64,000 bases of DNA from Balanoglossus misakiensis (lineage: Eukaryota; Animalia; Hemichordata), in the NCBI GenBank assembly GCA_040954595.2, contig CM082598.2:1178001-1242000 (forward strand), written 5' to 3'. Both the position numbers and the translations under genes were made by a program. The notes below the pieces were generated by a model. The model ran no database searches. It was given only the letters and a program-made list of their open reading frames with translations, and was not told the DNA's origin. Below are positions 61,201-64,000 of this stretch, piece by piece. Numbering within the stretch: position 1 is the stretch's first letter; the number at the start of each line of letters is the position of its first letter.

Positions 61201-63125
61201 TATGAGAGTAAAAACTCGCCCAAAATGAATAAATGGTAAAGAACGATGATTCATTTTGGTGAGTTATTCACTCTTGTGTCTAAAAGAGGGATGGAAGTTG
61301 TGTGTGGTTGAACATTCATTCACTATTTATCCACATGTAGAATAACAAACGGTGTCTTGTATCAAATATAATTAATGGAAAAAAGGGCAGCGAGCTAGGT
61401 CAAAACATTTTACTAATGGAGCAATTTTCTCCACAGATCGCTTGCTGTACAACGCGATGCAGAAACACTGAAGAGTCTTGCTGCCTTGTATTTCAATACC
61501 AATAGATTCCGCCAAGCCAAAAAGACATTTGAAGAGGCCTTAGTTTTGGAGCCCGACTCCCCGGAAATTAATACAAATTATGTAAGTGACAGCCCTAGGT
61601 CTTTAGAGCCCTAATCAGAGGTTGATATGTTAGGTTTTATGTATCCATCACTCAGCTGATTTGAATAGACAATTCTAAGTTTGGAAGTAAAATGGTTAGA
61701 GTCATGCAAAAAATAAATGGGCTTTAACCAAGCAAGGAAGTCTAGCCTGCTGTTTATATATTCTTGTGAATTCTAAATGATGCCAATTGGTTATGTCTTT
61801 ACTTGTTATGATGTACCGGTACATACTGGCCACAAGTACGTACAAAAGATTATTTTATCTTATATTATTTCACAAAATTTCAATTGCAATTCATCATGAT
61901 CATTATTATTCTTTGCCAGGCACAAGTGCTTGCCAGATTGGATAAACTTCACGAAGCCATAGCAATTTTGGAAGATGTAATCGCAAGAAATGCTGGGTAT
62001 GGCTTAGCACACCGTCATCTTGCTAGTGTGTTGTCATTGAACAGAGATTATATACAGGTAGGAGTTCTGGCTCTCGTGAAGTTCGTGAAAATTTATCATT
62101 CGCGAAAATTTCCCGTTTTACAATAATCATGATCGAGTTCTAAAAATATCGCACACATCCACAGTTGTGCTTTAGGCATTTTTTCAATTACTACCCTGGT
62201 CATTTGACCTAATTGAATTCTACTCAAGTCCCTGAGGAGCAAAAACAGCAGAGCTAAACACATGTAATTACAGTCTCTATGTCATCAGGGATCCATTTCT
62301 CCCTGGCGGGGAGAAGCAATGAGAAGTCAAGTGCCTTGCCAAAGGACACAACACCACAGTCATGCCGCAGCTCAGAACACACAATTTTTACAGACAGAAT
62401 ACTGGGAATTTTACCAAGTTTAAAGTTCTCACTGATGCCCACTGTTCCTTGATGTTACATATGCAAGTCTCATTTGAAAGGGCATTGTCATCAGGTGATT
62501 AATTCCCCTGACTATTTCTTTATTGTAGGCCATCAAGCACATAGACAAATATCTTGAATTAGATGCTGATTTGGACGCAAACACCAAGTCAGAAATTCTT
62601 TACGAACAAGGCAGTAATTACAGAGAAATAAATAAAGACCAAGAAGCAATCAAGGTTAGTGTGATAAATTAATTAGATATTTGTTCATTTTTAAAACCCG
62701 GATAGCTGCCATTTTTAGCAAATTTTTAATCAACAAAATGCTTCAATCTTCTCCTTATCCTTCAATTCAAGTGTGTGAGGAATCTTAGAAAACAAGGAAA
62801 ATAACAGTGTGTTCACCATTTTGTTTTTATAAAAATCGTTAATTTAATTTTCTCTGTAGATTTAACACAGTGATTGGCAGCCATTTCCATTTCAATTTCA
62901 AGACAATTTTGCTCTCACATTTAAAACATTGCAAGGTGACCGGCACATTTTATTCTCAATTTGAAGAGAGATATGATCTAATCTTGCCCTGAGCGAAAAT
63001 ATGAGAACAAGTTTGAGATTTTGATGGTTTTGCTTTTTGATCAACAGTGTTACCTAGAAGCTGTGAAACTGAATCCACGGTTTGCCATGGCACAGATGAA
63101 CCTGGGTGCGATGTATCATATACAG
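55215..63125 (+). CDS. TMTC1: Protein O-mannosyl-transferase TMTC1-like; 3' end probably beyond the window
   Basis: HGDFVHDD...[127 protein letters not shown], then several TPR exons. No stop codon found after the last visible exon. Confidence 0.9.
57290..57375. mobile_element. piggyBac-like MITE copy
   Basis: CCCTTTCACC...GGTGAAAGGG-TTAA. Confidence 0.7.
58922..59097. mobile_element. Young MITE (Tc1/mariner-pogo-like) with perfect TIRs
   Basis: TA-CAGTAAAACTCCAATTATCCGAACT...AGTTCGGATAATTGGAGTTTTACTG-TA, with internal repeats of TATCCGAA. Confidence 0.85.
59926..60010. mobile_element. piggyBac-like MITE copy
   Basis: CCCTTTCACCCCC...GGTGAAAGGG-TTAA. Confidence 0.75.
61082..61394. repeat. 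~310-bp imperfect inverted repeat (foldback element) in a TMTC1 intron
   Basis: CTCGCTGCCCTTTTTTCCA...TTTGATACAAG...CATGTGGATA...CAACCACACACAACTTCCATCCC pairs with GGGATGGAAGTTGTGTGTGGTTG...TATCCACATG...CTTGTATCAAA...TGGAAAAAAGGGCAGCGAG. Confidence 0.85.
62285..62382 (-). mobile_element. SINE fragment (tRNA-derived, conserved-core type)
   Basis: CCATTTCTCCCTGG...GAGAAGCAATGAG...AAGTGCCTTGCCAAAGGACACAACAC, characteristic of invertebrate SINE cores in reverse orientation. Confidence 0.5.
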
Positions 63126-63905
63126 GTAGGAAAATAGAACATATAAACGCAAAGCACACACTCTCACACACATATTTTGTGTATGACATGTATATCACAG
63201 ATATCTCCAGAGGTTCTTTCAAGTTCAAAGCTGATGTGTTGATGAAAGATCCACTATCTGTTACTTTTGGCGATTTTTTCAGTATTCTTATTCTGTGTGA
63301 CAACCAGGGTTTCTTGTTCTGCTCTCTGATAGAAGGAGAAATGTCAGAGAACAGTAGTAAACTATGAAGTGTGAGGCACAGAGGGGCTTAAACAAATATT
63401 AACATATATCTCAGTTAGTAGTCATATTGTATCGTGTCCAAGGCAGTATCATAGTATAACAATGTAGGCTTGGGTAGTATTGCCGAGACATGTCATATCT
63501 TGCATTAACATACATTACATGTAATTGCGTATAAGCATACCAGAAGTTTCTGTAATAAGTTGGGGAGAGTCTTCGCGCTGTGTTTTTACTCTGAAAAGAA
63601 GTTGGTGGAACAGTTTCCATCAGACATCAATATTGTTGTTACTGCCCCTCCCAAATCGTAATGATAAAGTTGTAGATTGTGATGTTGTCCGTACCTGCAC
63701 TAGCTGAGTAGTCTTCAACCGCGTAGCAGTTAGTTTTACAAACATTGCAGTGATAGCTGTTTCACAGAAGTATCACGGAAAGAACTATGAGAGTAGTTCT
63801 TGCACTGCCAAAATAGTAAGTCAAATCGTATTTAGAGATAATGGGATGTAGTTTCACTTGTATTTTAGCTCCTAAGTTTACATATGAGTTATTAATGTTA
63901 TTTTG

Positions 63906-63907
63906 AT

Positions 63908-63990
<83 letters not shown>

Positions 63991-63993
63991 TTT
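63906..63993. repeat. (ATTT)n microsatellite
   Basis: Direct reading, about 22 units. Confidence 0.95.
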
Positions 63994-64000
63994 GTGCATG

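Noticed and set aside
1-64000. tRNA, rRNA, U12-type introns, autonomous transposase or reverse transcriptase ORFs
   Set aside because: None recognised by eye; the introns I examined are GT-AG. A covariance-model scan would be needed to exclude small RNAs.

Overview
AT-rich, intron-containing animal genomic DNA, probably a marine invertebrate and possibly a non-vertebrate deuterostome. The species assignment is inference only. I spliced the genes by eye from GT-AG boundaries and reading-frame phase. In order: the 3' part of an F-spondin-like gene (+), a small intronless 4-TM gene (+), a sulfotransferase-like P-loop gene (-) with a frameshifted partial duplicate, a large receptor tyrosine kinase-like gene whose kinase lacks catalytic motifs (+), a signal-peptide-bearing GT4/GT-B glycosyltransferase (+), CNOT2 (-), a spliced phosphonoacetaldehyde hydrolase (+), PATL1 (-), DEAF1 (+), a secreted single-Link-module protein (-), a small ankyrin-repeat protein (-) and TMTC1 (+, runs off the window). 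Introns carry several MITE families (TA-flanked Tc1/mariner-pogo-like, TTAA-flanked piggyBac-like, Kolobok-like), SINE fragments and a 310-bp foldback. The most notable observations are the pseudokinase receptor, the secreted NLR-type glycosyltransferase, the animal phosphonatase, the Link-only protein, a 4x TGATTGACAG cluster in the CNOT2 3' UTR, a TTCG cluster upstream of DEAF1, and an unannotated spliced 46-aa secreted-peptide candidate.
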